A DNA stretch of 64,000 nucleotides, from assembly GCA_964473825.1 (NCBI GenBank), contig CAYYQL010000003.1, positions 10,627 through 74,626 on the forward strand. The letters run 5' to 3'. A program made the position numbers and the translations under genes. Numbering within the stretch: the stretch's first letter is position 1; each line of letters begins with the position of its first letter. This DNA comes from an uncultured archaeon. GTDB lineage: Archaea; Asgardarchaeota; Thorarchaeia; Thorarchaeales; Thorarchaeaceae. Positions 48,106-58,784 of this stretch are shown piece by piece. The notes below the pieces were generated by a model, which was not told the DNA's origin, ran no database searches, and worked only from the letters and a program-made list of their open reading frames with translations.

Positions 48106-51100
48106 CTACTCCCGGAGCATCTCTTCTATCTGATCCAAAAAGCTGTTCTCCCGCCACCATCGCAGGTCCCTTGCACCAGTTGGACATATCGCACAGCATG
48201 CACCACACCCCTCACATCGCATCTCATCGGTGACGCTCTTCTTAACCCCGGGTGACACCTCAACCATTGATACAGCATCGTATGGGCAAATCTCAGAATA
48301 ATGGCAGAGGTCACAGCCGACACAGAGGTCTTGGTCCACTTCTGCAACCAGTAGCTCGATCTCCACGGTGCCCATATTCAGGGGTGCAGTGGCTTCGCTG
48401 GCCGCTCCCCGTGCTTGATTGATGGAGTCACTGACATTCTTTGCGTAGGTTACACCGAGGAACACTCCTGGAACCGTAGTTTCTACAGGTCTGAATTTCA
48501 TGTGCATCTCTGCCAGGAAACCGTCTTGGCTCCTGTTGATTCCAAGTGCTTTCACAAGCTCGTTCACATCGTGTGGCGCCTCAAGTCCTACAGCAAGAAT
48601 GACCATGTCTGATTTTATCTTGAAGGTTTCCTGAGAGAGGGTATCATAAACGGTGACTATTGCCTCATCCGAATCTTCGGCTTTCTCCACTATCACAGGT
48701 CTCTCCCTGACCCATCGCAGGTAGGTGACCCCCTTCTGCCGATTTTCTCTCCACATCTCTTCCATGCCATTGGCAAAGGGACGGATGTGTTCTTTGTATG
48801 CGGAGAAGATCTTGATGTCTGGAAACATCTCGTTAAGCTCGTTTTGCATGGCTATCACAGCCGAGCAGCAAACACGGGAGCAGTACCGATTGCCCTCTCC
48901 AGGACTCTGTCTTGAACCAACACAATGGATGAAGACCGGGTTCTTTGGTGGTTTCTTCAGCTCGCCATTCTTCATCATTCTTTCAAGGTCAAGTGTGGTT
49001 ATGACATTGTCAAGCTTGCCCCATCCATATTCTCCCTCTTCGGGTTCATATGTGTCCGTTCCGACCGTAATCACCATTGTACCTATATTGTATGGCTTTC
49101 TCTCTCCAGTTTCCACATTCTCAATCATGATCTCGTAGCTTCCATACGCTCCATCGCGATCTACCACTTTGGAGTTAAGAAGTACGGTGATCAGATCCTC
49201 CTCATTCACCCTCTCGATAAGGTCGTCCACTATCTCCTGAGCGGATTGCATGTCGGGGAATATACTATAGAGCTCGTTCAGTCGTCCGCCGAGGCAGTTC
49301 GTCTTCTCCACGAGTATCACCTTGAAACCCTTTCTGGCTATATCCAGAGATGCAGTCATCCCGGAAACTCCTCCCCCGACGACCATGACGGTTCTTACCA
49401 CATCTACTGACTTCACGGGCACCTCTTCATTGTTTATCGCCTTGGCAACACCACTTCGAATCATATCCTGAGCCTTTTCCTGTCGCTCATCAGGTGGTGC
49501 ATTCTTGTTGACCAGTGTGAGCTGCTCGCGGAGGCCGACGGGGCCAACTAAATAGTACCCTGACAGACCTGCCCTTTCAAGCGCTCCTCTAAAGGTCCCC
49601 TCATGTTGGAGGGGTGAACAGGAGCCGACAACTACACGGTTCAAGTTGTGCTCTTTGATGGCCTCGGTGATGAGTTCCTGGCCGGGGTCGCTACACATGA
49701 AGATGTAGTCAGTGCTGTATGCAACATTTGGAAGGTCCTTCGCCCATTCAGCCAGAGCTGGAGAATCAATGACATCTCCAATGATTCCGCCGCAGTGACA
49801 GATGAATACCCCAACACGTGGTTCATCGCCTACTTCAATCGGGGTTATCTCTTCCTCCTGCTTTGGTTCAGGCAAGGGCAGAATCGAATGCGCCGCCATT
49901 GCTGCACCTTTCCCTTCGTTAACAGTATCTGTACCGTCCTTGGGACCATGAATGCATCCAGCCATGAATATGCCCGGCCGGCTCGTTTCCAGTGCTGCAG
50001 AGTTTGCCTGTTTCTCCTTCACCCAACCAGTGGCTTCGTCCAAGTCAATGTTCAGTTTCTTCATCAACTCCACATGGCCATCATTCGGTCTGAAACTACC
50101 GTTGAGAACCACCATTGAAACCCCCTCGAGTTCCTGAATCTCACCGGTGTCCGTATCTTCAATTTTGACAAAGAGGTCGTTTGTGCTTGGATCCTCCGAT
50201 ATCTCGGCCACTCGTCCGCGAATGAAGTTTATCCCCTGATTGTGTTGTGAGTCCCAGAGGAACTCTTCTAGAGCCTTTCCCGCGGTGCGGAGATCCATGT
50301 AGGTGTAGATTATTTCACAGTGCTCCTCGGGATAGTGCATCCTCGTGACCTGTGCAAGTTTGAGGCCAAAAGAACAGCAGACCTTGTTGCAGTGGTCGCT
50401 GTACCCCTGAATATTCTCGCGAACATCACGGCTTCCCACACAGTTGACAAATAGGATTCTCTCGGGCTCTCGTCCATCAGAGGGTCTTACCATATGGGCA
50501 TCTGTGGGTCCAGTTGGATGGGTCTGCCTGTCGTATTCTAAGGATGTCACTACATTAGGAAACACACCATACCCGTATTCACTGTAGTCATAGGGTTTGT
50601 ATTCTTGGAACCCGGATGCGACTATGATGGAACCAACATGGAGGTCATAGAGCTCGTCTTCATCCTCATAGTTGATGCAATCCTGAGGACATACTCCTGC
50701 GCATGTTCCACATCCAATGCAGGCCTCCTTATCGATTGTCGCCACAAGCGGAATCTGCTGAGCGAAATTCATGTAGATGGCCTTTCTCAAAGATTGTCCG
50801 AAGTCATACTCATTCGGCACCTCGACCGGACAAGCTTGGATACAGGTCTGACAACCAGTGCAGGTTTCTTCGTTGACATATCTCGCCCTTTTTCTAATTG
50901 TGACTGTGAAATCACCAGCCCTGCCTCTGACTTCTTCAATTTCGGACAGTGCATGGATCGTGATGTTTGGATGCCGCCCCACGAATGAGGTCAACGGCGT
51001 CATAACACAGGCTGAGCATTCAAGTGCTGGAAAAATCTTGTAAATCGCAACATAGTTACCTCCTATGTTGACGGTTCTCTCAATCAAATGGGCTTGGTGT

Positions 51101-51213
51101 CCTCCGGCGGCCAAGTCAAGAGCCGCACTGATTCCAGCCATTCCTGCACCTATGATGAGCACGTCTGTTGGTTTGCTATCGGAAGTTGACTTCTTTGCTG
51201 GTTTATTGACCAT
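48106..51213 (-). CDS. hdrA: Second large HdrA-type flavoprotein (two FAD modules, no MvhD)
   Basis: GAGMAG and GGGVSG motifs, CVGSR...CNKVCC and CSRVCC, VFICHCG, ferredoxin motifs. Confidence 0.92.
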   Translation of the reverse strand: MVNKPAKKSTSDSKPTDVLIIGAGMAGISAALDLAAGGHQAHLIERTVNIGGNYVAIYKIFPALECSACVMTPLTSFVGRHPNITIHALSEIEEVRGRAGDFTVTIRKRARYVNEETCTGCQTCIQACPVEVPNEYDFGQSLRKAIYMNFAQQIPLVATIDKEACIGCGTCAGVCPQDCINYEDEDELYDLHVGSIIVASGFQEYKPYDYSEYGYGVFPNVVTSLEYDRQTHPTGPTDAHMVRPSDGREPERILFVNCVGSRDVRENIQGYSDHCNKVCCSFGLKLAQVTRMHYPEEHCEIIYTYMDLRTAGKALEEFLWDSQHNQGINFIRGRVAEISEDPSTNDLFVKIEDTDTGEIQELEGVSMVVLNGSFRPNDGHVELMKKLNIDLDEATGWVKEKQANSAALETSRPGIFMAGCIHGPKDGTDTVNEGKGAAMAAHSILPLPEPKQEEEITPIEVGDEPRVGVFICHCGGIIGDVIDSPALAEWAKDLPNVAYSTDYIFMCSDPGQELITEAIKEHNLNRVVVGSCSPLQHEGTFRGALERAGLSGYYLVGPVGLREQLTLVNKNAPPDERQEKAQDMIRSGVAKAINNEEVPVKSVDVVRTVMVVGGGVSGMTASLDIARKGFKVILVEKTNCLGGRLNELYSIFPDMQSAQEIVDDLIERVNEEDLITVLLNSKVVDRDGAYGSYEIMIENVETGERKPYNIGTMVITVGTDTYEPEEGEYGWGKLDNVITTLDLERMMKNGELKKPPKNPVFIHCVGSRQSPGEGNRYCSRVCCSAVIAMQNELNEMFPDIKIFSAYKEHIRPFANGMEEMWRENRQKGVTYLRWVRERPVIVEKAEDSDEAIVTVYDTLSQETFKIKSDMVILAVGLEAPHDVNELVKALGINRSQDGFLAEMHMKFRPVETTVPGVFLGVTYAKNVSDSINQARGAASEATAPLNMGTVEIELLVAEVDQDLCVGCDLCHYSEICPYDAVSMVEVSPGVKKSVTDEMRCEGCGACCAICPTGARDLRWWRENSFLDQIEEMLRE

Positions 51214-51759
51214 GGGGCCTAATCTCCGACTTGGTGCTATATCGAGGGGGAGAGCCTAGCAGGCGATATAATACTTGTGTCATGTCCATGAATCAGAAAT
51301 CGACTGTGAATCCCATTCGTCGCTCGTCTAGAGGCAACAGATAGAAGATTTGCTGCCCGTTCATTCCTAGTTCAACTGACAGAAATATCACGTTATCGAT
51401 ACAGGTGTACTGGCAATGACGCTTGTGACATCTGACAGGATGCTTAATACCGAGTGCGGTAATCCAATTGAATCAGATTGCCGACAAGTGCCCGAGTTAG
51501 CCCTCAACTGTTCACTGCCGGTTGGACCGCAGAATATGCCCGTCCAGAGATGGCACTGGTGCAACTCTGTGGAACCATGATATCTACCAGTTCACCCCTA
51601 GTCTTATGCTTTCAGATGGAGCGATAAGGATCTTGTCAGTCTTCTTAGAGAGCTAGCCGCGTACTACCCAGCTTTACCCCAGTTCAAGGCAGCTATCCCA
51701 TACCCTCGATTTTATTACCAAAGTAACTATCCCTTAGCCATCAACCGATACTTGACGAG

Positions 51760-52800
51760 GTGCTAGGACATTTGAGATATGTCAAGATTTCCAAGGCAAA
51801 CACATACAAGTTCCTTGATTGTTTGAAAACAAAAGGGACTCTCTATGCCCCAACAAGAATATCGGAGAGATTCTATGACTTCTGTGAGGTTGACGATGTC
51901 AAAGATGTTGAGTTCCATTACGACCGAACGATACGTCCTCCTCGTCGTTTTTTTTATCCAGCTAAAGAAACAATGTTCACCTTCGACACTACAGAGGTAC
52001 AGCTCTATGAGAATGTTCCAAAAGACACAAAGACAATTCTTTTTGGAGTACACTCCTGCGACATCGTCGGACTCCGCATCGTGGACTCCGAGTTCATAGA
52101 CGAGAATCCCGATCCATACTATAAAAAGCGACGCGAGAATGGCATCATAATCGGCCTCTCATGTCTGCCGGATGAGTACTGTTTCTGCAATGTTCGACGT
52201 GTGGACCTTGTCGACGCGGGCTTTGACCTGTTTTTCCATGAACTGCCTGATGGCTTCTTGGTTCGGGTGGGAACCGTGACGGGCCACAAACTTATCGATC
52301 CCAACATGGAGATGTTTGATGAGGTTACAAAGGAAGACGTTGACTACTTGAGTGCCTTCAGTGAGAAGAGGACCAAGATGTTTCCCATCCAAGGGAACTG
52401 GGATGACCTCAGGTACTTCCTTGAGCTTCGCCGTGATCATCCCATGTATGATCGCGAGAGTGAGGAGTGTCTTGGTTGTGGAAACTGCACTCTCACTTGT
52501 CCCACATGTCGTTGCTATGATGTGACGGATATACCAAGCATTGATGGAATGACTGGAGAACGGGTGCGAATCTGGGATTCTTGTCAATTTCGATCCCATG
52601 GGCTTGTCGCTGGCCCGCACAATTTCAGACCCACTAAGAAATCGCGCTTTGTGAACCGGTATATGTGTAAGAACGCGTACAACAAAGACACGACTACGGC
52701 CTATTGCGTGGGGTGTGGACGTTGTACCTATTTTTGTCCTGCAGATATCAATTTCAGAAAGAATCTGATGGAGATAGGTGGCTACAAGGAGGCGGTTTAG
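51760..52800 (+). CDS. hydB: Group 3b [NiFe]-hydrogenase (sulfhydrogenase) beta Fe-S subunit
   Basis: FGVHSCD, CLGCGNCTLTCPTC and CVGCGRCTYFCP. Confidence 0.9.
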   Translation: MLGHLRYVKISKANTYKFLDCLKTKGTLYAPTRISERFYDFCEVDDVKDVEFHYDRTIRPPRRFFYPAKETMFTFDTTEVQLYENVPKDTKTILFGVHSCDIVGLRIVDSEFIDENPDPYYKKRRENGIIIGLSCLPDEYCFCNVRRVDLVDAGFDLFFHELPDGFLVRVGTVTGHKLIDPNMEMFDEVTKEDVDYLSAFSEKRTKMFPIQGNWDDLRYFLELRRDHPMYDRESEECLGCGNCTLTCPTCRCYDVTDIPSIDGMTGERVRIWDSCQFRSHGLVAGPHNFRPTKKSRFVNRYMCKNAYNKDTTTAYCVGCGRCTYFCPADINFRKNLMEIGGYKEAV

Positions 52801-52801
52801 T

Positions 52802-53659
52802 ATGAGAACGACTGAGAAATCTGTGTATGATACTCACAAATGCAGACTACTGAGGAAGTACAGTCTCACTGATTTGGAGACTCTGTTTCTCTTTCGTTTT
52901 GAGGACTCGGAAGTTGCACAGAACTGGCGTTTCAAACCGGGCCAGTTTGTGGAGGTATCTCTTCTGGGTCTTGGTGAGGTTCCGATATCGATCTGTTCGT
53001 CCGCGCGGCGGATGGGCTTCTTCGAATTATGTATCAGAAATGCGGGGCGTGTCACCTCTGCAATCCACAAGCTGGCGCCAGGTACCTTAGTAGGTATCAG
53101 GGGGCCTTATGGAAACGGTTTTCCCATGGAGGAGTTTCACGGTCGTGATTTGCTCTGTGTTGCAGCTGGACTCGGTATGGCTCCACTACGATCGGTCTTT
53201 CTGTATGCCATCGACAACAGATGGCAGTTCGGAAACATCACCATCATCAATACCGCGAAGTATGGCAAGGAACTTCTCTTCGAGAAAGAACTCGAGGCAA
53301 TGAAAGATATCGCCACTGCTGAAAACATCGCCATAGTTCAAAGTGTCACTCGTGACCCAGACTATCCGGGCCTTCACGGTCGCTCAACCGAACACATGGA
53401 TAAGGCAAATGTTGACCCGGAGAACTGCGCTGTTGCAATGTGCGGTCCTCCTGCAATGTACCGAGGTATGTTTGATTATCTTGTTGAGAAGGGATACGAC
53501 CCGCGCTACATCTTCGTCACCCTTGAGAGACGGATGAAGTGTGGAGTAGGAAAATGCGGTCACTGCAACATAGGAACCGCAACGTCGTGGAAATATGCCT
53601 GTAAGGATGGGCCAGTCTTCGACTATTACGCTATTACTTCCATTCCGGGGTTGATCTAA
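52802..53659 (+). CDS. hydG: Group 3b hydrogenase gamma (FAD/NAD(P)) subunit
   Basis: KPGQF, RGPYGNGF, GLGMAP, CGP and MKCGVGKCGHC; start set at ATG 52802. Confidence 0.9.
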   Translation: MRTTEKSVYDTHKCRLLRKYSLTDLETLFLFRFEDSEVAQNWRFKPGQFVEVSLLGLGEVPISICSSARRMGFFELCIRNAGRVTSAIHKLAPGTLVGIRGPYGNGFPMEEFHGRDLLCVAAGLGMAPLRSVFLYAIDNRWQFGNITIINTAKYGKELLFEKELEAMKDIATAENIAIVQSVTRDPDYPGLHGRSTEHMDKANVDPENCAVAMCGPPAMYRGMFDYLVEKGYDPRYIFVTLERRMKCGVGKCGHCNIGTATSWKYACKDGPVFDYYAITSIPGLI

Positions 53660-54475
53660 ATGGCTATCATCGAAGAGTGTGGGGATATCTGCAGGCCAAA
53701 GATGGCGGTCTATGCTCTGACTTCCTGTTATGGTTGCCAGCTTAAGCTTGCTACGGTTCAAAAGATAGTAGAGATCGTACAGGCAGTGGAGATCGAGAGC
53801 TTCTACATGATATCAAGCGCCAGCCAGATGGGCTCTGATGTTGATGTAGCCTTTGTTGAGGGTTCTGTTTCCACTGAGAAGGACCTCGAGGAACTCAAGG
53901 AGATTCGGAGGCATTCACGGATTCTCGTGGCTCTTGGGGCCTGTGCTGTCAACGGAGGTGTCCAGAGTTGGGCTGAGGGTGACAAAGACTACGATGAACT
54001 CTATGCAGAAGTGTATGGTGAGAACAGAATAGACATGCAGGGGCTTCAGGCCACTCCTGTCTCTGACCACGTCAAGGTGGACTACTTCCTCCCTGGCTGC
54101 CCTCCTGAGGAGGACGAACTTCTATATTTCATTTCGGCCTTCCTTTTTGGTACTTTTCCAGAACCCAAGGACTACCCGGTATGTGCAGAATGCAGGCTCG
54201 CAGGGAACTCCTGTATTCTGATCGAGAAGGGAGAACCTTGTCTTGGTCCCGTGACTACCGCCGGGTGTAAGGCACGATGCTTAAGCTATAATGTACCTTG
54301 TATAGGATGCAGGGGGCCAGTCCCACATGAGACTGCTTGGTTCGATTCCCTTGCAAAGCTGTTCAAGAAGAAGGGTTTTGATGAGGAGTACATACGTAAT
54401 CGAATGAAGATATTCGGAGCGCATGATGAAAATCTGGAGCCGATGCTTGAGAAGATTTTTGGAGGGAAGAAGTAA
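53660..54475 (+). CDS. hydD: Group 3b hydrogenase delta (small) subunit
   Basis: TSCYGC, GACAVNGG, PGCPP, CLGP and CIGCRG. Confidence 0.92.
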   Translation: MAIIEECGDICRPKMAVYALTSCYGCQLKLATVQKIVEIVQAVEIESFYMISSASQMGSDVDVAFVEGSVSTEKDLEELKEIRRHSRILVALGACAVNGGVQSWAEGDKDYDELYAEVYGENRIDMQGLQATPVSDHVKVDYFLPGCPPEEDELLYFISAFLFGTFPEPKDYPVCAECRLAGNSCILIEKGEPCLGPVTTAGCKARCLSYNVPCIGCRGPVPHETAWFDSLAKLFKKKGFDEEYIRNRMKIFGAHDENLEPMLEKIFGGKK

Positions 54476-55809
54476 TGGCCAAGACTAAGAGCAAGAAGAG
54501 ATCGGTAAAGCATCCAATATCCATAGACCACATTGCAAGAATAGAGGGAAAGGCTGGAATCGAGGTATCCTATACAGGTAAGGGAGTAGATGTCGTCCAG
54601 TTCAACGTATTCGAAGGCCCACGCTTCTTCGAGTCAATAACTATTGGCAAGCCAATTGATGAGGCAGTTGCCGTATATCCCCGTGTATGTTCCTTCTGCG
54701 CAGCAGCGCACAAGATTACTGGCGTGCAAGCCGCCGAGAATGCCATTGGGCTCAACTCCACTGGGCAGACAAAGCGTCTTCGTGAGATTCTCTATATTGG
54801 GGACTATATCGAGAGTCATGCGCTTCACCTGTTCCTACTCGCGCTACCCGATTTTCTTGGTTACCATGACGCCTTCACCCTCGGAGAAGAACACCCTGAT
54901 ATCCTCAGGGCTGGTATTGCATTGAAGGATATAGGTGCCGATATTCAGACGGTCTTAGGTTCTCGTTATATCCACCAAGAGAATGTCCTCATAGGAGGAT
55001 TCGGGCGGCTACCAACAAAGACTCAGCTGGAGAAGATAGCCCAACGGCTCAGAGATCTTAGAAATGATGCTGAAGAGGCACTGGAGAATCTGGTGAGCTA
55101 CAGGAACTGGCCCGAAGTAGATGCAGAGCGGGTGCATCTGGCTCTGAAACCTCATGATGGTACTTATTCGATGCTCGGCGACACTGTGCAGGGTACTGAC
55201 GGTAGTGCCTTCCGTGCAGATGCATACAAAATGAGAATCAACGAATCGGTGGTACCACACTCTTTTGCAAAACACAGTCACTACAACAGTGAGCCGTTCA
55301 TGACCTCAGCTCTATCAAGGTTTACGCTCTTCGGAGGTGGGTTGGATGGCAGAGCAAAGGAGCTTGCCGAGATGTATTCAGCACATCTCGACCCCAGTAA
55401 CCCAATGTCAAACAACTTTGCCCAGGCTGTTGAGCTGATCTATTATGTGGATCGGGCCGAGAGGATGTCTCGAGAGTTGGCAGGTGAGTTGAAGCCTTAC
55501 GAACGGCGGATTAAGCCCAAGATCGAGAAGGGCGGTACCGGTGTATCGCTTTCGGAGGCCCCCCGTGGCCTGCTAGCTTACACTATAAAGATCAACAAGG
55601 CAGGCAGGGTCACCGCAGCAGACATTGTGACTCCAACCGCGATGTTCTTACCAATGCTTGAGACTGACCTTCGACGTCTTGCTGAAGCTCTGGCGGAACA
55701 GGGAGTCAAGGACCCTAAGATTATTGGCTCAAAGCTGGAAACTGTTGTCCGCGCCTATGACCCCTGTGTTTCATGTAGCGTCCATGTTGCAGACGTGAAA
55801 CAAGCCTGA
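54475..55809 (+). CDS. hydA: Group 3b hydrogenase alpha ([NiFe] large) subunit
   Basis: RIEG, L1 RVCSFC, EAPRG and L2 DPCVSCSVH with a 7-aa extension. Confidence 0.93.
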   Translation: MAKTKSKKRSVKHPISIDHIARIEGKAGIEVSYTGKGVDVVQFNVFEGPRFFESITIGKPIDEAVAVYPRVCSFCAAAHKITGVQAAENAIGLNSTGQTKRLREILYIGDYIESHALHLFLLALPDFLGYHDAFTLGEEHPDILRAGIALKDIGADIQTVLGSRYIHQENVLIGGFGRLPTKTQLEKIAQRLRDLRNDAEEALENLVSYRNWPEVDAERVHLALKPHDGTYSMLGDTVQGTDGSAFRADAYKMRINESVVPHSFAKHSHYNSEPFMTSALSRFTLFGGGLDGRAKELAEMYSAHLDPSNPMSNNFAQAVELIYYVDRAERMSRELAGELKPYERRIKPKIEKGGTGVSLSEAPRGLLAYTIKINKAGRVTAADIVTPTAMFLPMLETDLRRLAEALAEQGVKDPKIIGSKLETVVRAYDPCVSCSVHVADVKQA

Positions 55810-55945
55810 AACCGTACAGCCCTCTACCGTCAGTGTAGTATCACAGAGAGGGCATTCACTTGTTGGCAGGCAACGCTTCGTGCTCACAGGTGCTATCGTT
55901 CATAAGAGTGAGGCATGCACAGATTCCCTAGGAGCTGAATGTTAC

Positions 55946-57748
55946 TTGACACTGTCTGGCTACGCAGGAGGCATACTTCATGTCAATCTGACAAATAACA
56001 CAGTCAAGCGTGTCCCTCTCGAAAAGACTTGGATTAACGATTTCATTGGCGGGAGCGGTTACGCTTCAAGAATGCTCTATGAAATGGTCAACTTTGAAGC
56101 CATTCCTCTTGCCTCCATGAATCCGCTGCTCTTTATGACAGGGCCATTGACCAATACTTTGGCACCGTGCAGCGGAAGAGGTGTCTTCTGCGCGAGGTCC
56201 CCTCTTACCGGGTTCTGGGGAGAGTCCAATATTGGGGGTCACTTTGGAGCTGAACTCAAGTCTGCAGGTTTTGACGGAATCATCATTGTCGGCCATTCTG
56301 ACTCTCCCTGTGTTCTAACGCTTTTTGATGGGTATGCCGAAATCATCTCCGGAAGTGACGTCTGGGGACTGAAGACGGAAGATGTCCAGACGGAGTTGAA
56401 AAAGCAGTTCGGCCATTGCGAGATCGCGTGCATAGGACCTGCAGGAGAGAATCTTGTTCGTTTTTCAAGCATCGTGCACAGAGAGAGAGTCGCGGCCAGA
56501 TGTGGACTTGGTGCCATGATGGGTCAAAAAAAACTGAAGGCGATTGTAGTACGTGGGAACAAACCCATCGAGCTTCACAATCCGAAGGGTTTCCTGAAGC
56601 TGACCAGAACCGAGTCCAAGCATCTGCAAGCAGAGAACGAGATATTGAGCAACGAGGGCACCCCCATGTATGTAGATCGTGCTATGTTGCATAATGATAT
56701 GCCGGTCAAGTACTTTCAGTTACCCGAGTTCGATGTGTCATATCTGAACGCCACAGCTCTCGGATCATTCGTTACGGGAAGTACTGCATGTCACTCTTGT
56801 CCTATCGGGTGTGGGAAACGGATTACAGTTCCAAGTGAGGGAGAGAAGGACTATGGCGCGCCAGAGTTTCAGACCATTGCAGCATTTGGACCGAATCTTC
56901 TACTCTCCGATATCCGTGAGGTATCTCTCCTCGGTCGCCTCTGTAACCAGCTTGGAATGGACACGATAAGCACTGGTTCAATAATTGCTTTTGCCACCCA
57001 TCTCTCTGAACAGGGTCTCGTCGACTATGACTTGGAATGGGGCGACTTTGACAAGATACAGCAGGCCATAAGGGCTATTGCATATAGAACAGGATTTGGT
57101 TCAGACCTTGCAGATGGATCACAAGCATTAGGAGAGAAATATGGCTGTGAGAGCGAGGTTCTTCATGTCAAAGGGCTGGAGGTTCCAAATCATGATCCTC
57201 GTGCTTTTGCAGCGATGGCTGTCGTCTACGCAGTATCATCTAGAGGCGCAAGTCATACGGAGGCGGACGCTTATGCTGTAGACATGGGTGTTGAGTTTCC
57301 CGACCTGGGAGTGGTTGCTGGCAATCGATTGAGTGACTCGGGGAGAGGTGTGCTGTCGGCAAGAATACAGGATATTCGAGCATTCTACGATTCATTGATT
57401 CTATGCCACTTTGCCACATTCCCATCCAATACTCTGACAAAGATGCTGGAATATGCGACCGGGATTGCGTTGCGTCCCCTTCAGGTACTTGAGTACGGAT
57501 CGCGTGCAGTCACGATGAAACGCCTGTTCAATCTTAGTTGTGGCCTCACACCGGATGCCGACAGGCTTCCCCCAAATTTGCTCCGTCCTCTCAAAGGTGC
57601 AATAATTGATGGGCATGCGCCTGATCTGCGCCGTCAACTGCACGAATACTATGAATACAGAGGATGGGATGCTGTTTCAGGATGGCCCACTAACAACACA
57701 CTCAAGAATCTACGTCTGGATGCGCTCAAGAATAGCACCCACCGTTAA
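55946..57748 (+). CDS. aor: Aldehyde:ferredoxin oxidoreductase (W/Mo AOR family)
   Basis: GYAGGILHVNL, SPLTG, IGPAGE, MGQKKLKAI, CHSCPIGC and GMDTIS; start reassigned to TTG 55946. Confidence 0.9.
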   Translation: MTLSGYAGGILHVNLTNNTVKRVPLEKTWINDFIGGSGYASRMLYEMVNFEAIPLASMNPLLFMTGPLTNTLAPCSGRGVFCARSPLTGFWGESNIGGHFGAELKSAGFDGIIIVGHSDSPCVLTLFDGYAEIISGSDVWGLKTEDVQTELKKQFGHCEIACIGPAGENLVRFSSIVHRERVAARCGLGAMMGQKKLKAIVVRGNKPIELHNPKGFLKLTRTESKHLQAENEILSNEGTPMYVDRAMLHNDMPVKYFQLPEFDVSYLNATALGSFVTGSTACHSCPIGCGKRITVPSEGEKDYGAPEFQTIAAFGPNLLLSDIREVSLLGRLCNQLGMDTISTGSIIAFATHLSEQGLVDYDLEWGDFDKIQQAIRAIAYRTGFGSDLADGSQALGEKYGCESEVLHVKGLEVPNHDPRAFAAMAVVYAVSSRGASHTEADAYAVDMGVEFPDLGVVAGNRLSDSGRGVLSARIQDIRAFYDSLILCHFATFPSNTLTKMLEYATGIALRPLQVLEYGSRAVTMKRLFNLSCGLTPDADRLPPNLLRPLKGAIIDGHAPDLRRQLHEYYEYRGWDAVSGWPTNNTLKNLRLDALKNSTHR

Positions 57749-57791
57749 CTTCTTTCGTGGTGGTACTATCGTCGCACCCGGAGAAAACAAG

Positions 57792-58724
57792 ATGCAGCCC
57801 TGGTTTGACCTCCTTTCGCAACTGGCTCTCTTCTATCTACTTATCCTCTTAGGGTTTCTCATATCTCGTCACTACAGAAGAGCCCCTCGTATCAACGAGC
57901 TGGTCACGGGTCTGCTCATCAATATTTTACTCCCGATTCTCATAATGTATACCTTTCTCGGTGCAACTGCAACCGCTCTTTCGGAGCTACCGCTAGTGGT
58001 CTTCGTCACAGTATTCATTCATCTCTCAGGTCTTGTGATGATACTCGTCTTCAGGAGGTCCAGCACCATTGAGAGGAGACGACTCGGGGCAGAGGCCCTT
58101 TCTGTGACTTTCAATAACGGCATATTCCTTCCAGTTCCCCTGATACTGATGTTTATTGGACCGGAGGGCATTCCAATAGTCGCACTCTATTCCATTACCC
58201 AGATGACGCTCTTTTCGACGGGTGGTGCACTTATTGGTTCAGCATACAGTGAGAGTCATGCCAGTCTACGAAAGACAGTCAAGAAGGCGGTTCTATTTCC
58301 TCCATTCATCGCGGCAATCATTGGCATTATTCTTCTCTTGTTCTCTTTCTCTTTGCCAGTACAGCTAGAACCTGTATTCGCTCTCAACGGAACAATGACC
58401 AGCTACCTCTCATTGTTTGTAGTGGGCCTGGGTCTAGGAGAACGATTCAGGTTGGCAAGCTTACGCGAAAACCTGCCGCCTCTCTCTATACGACAACTCC
58501 TTGTCCCAACGGCTACATTCTTGCTACTGACTATTGCGCCTCTCTCACCGGTTGCCAAGAGTGTCCTTTTGCTTGAGGCCATGATGCCTCCTGCTGTCAT
58601 CACTGTCATCTATTCCTCGAACTTTGGGCTGGAGTCCGAAACGGCTGCAGCACTGGTGACTGTGGGAACAGTCCTTCTGTTACCGGTTGTTCCTCTCATG
58701 CCGCTGATGCTGGGTATATGGTGA
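57792..58724 (+). CDS. AEC (auxin efflux carrier/malate permease) family transporter
   Basis: About 10 TM helices; NNGIFLPVP and EAMMPPA motifs; start at ATG 57792. Confidence 0.85.
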   Translation: MQPWFDLLSQLALFYLLILLGFLISRHYRRAPRINELVTGLLINILLPILIMYTFLGATATALSELPLVVFVTVFIHLSGLVMILVFRRSSTIERRRLGAEALSVTFNNGIFLPVPLILMFIGPEGIPIVALYSITQMTLFSTGGALIGSAYSESHASLRKTVKKAVLFPPFIAAIIGIILLLFSFSLPVQLEPVFALNGTMTSYLSLFVVGLGLGERFRLASLRENLPPLSIRQLLVPTATFLLLTIAPLSPVAKSVLLLEAMMPPAVITVIYSSNFGLESETAAALVTVGTVLLLPVVPLMPLMLGIW

Positions 58725-58784
58725 TTTCACTCCATTAACTATCGAATCTCAATGCATATATCACTTCTAGCAGCAACCGTGTAA

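Noticed and set aside
36140-55809. Selenocysteine recoding in HdrA, MvhD or the hydrogenase
   Set aside because: All positions that carry Sec in some archaea are Cys codons in uninterrupted ORFs, and no in-frame TGA or convincing SECIS was seen.
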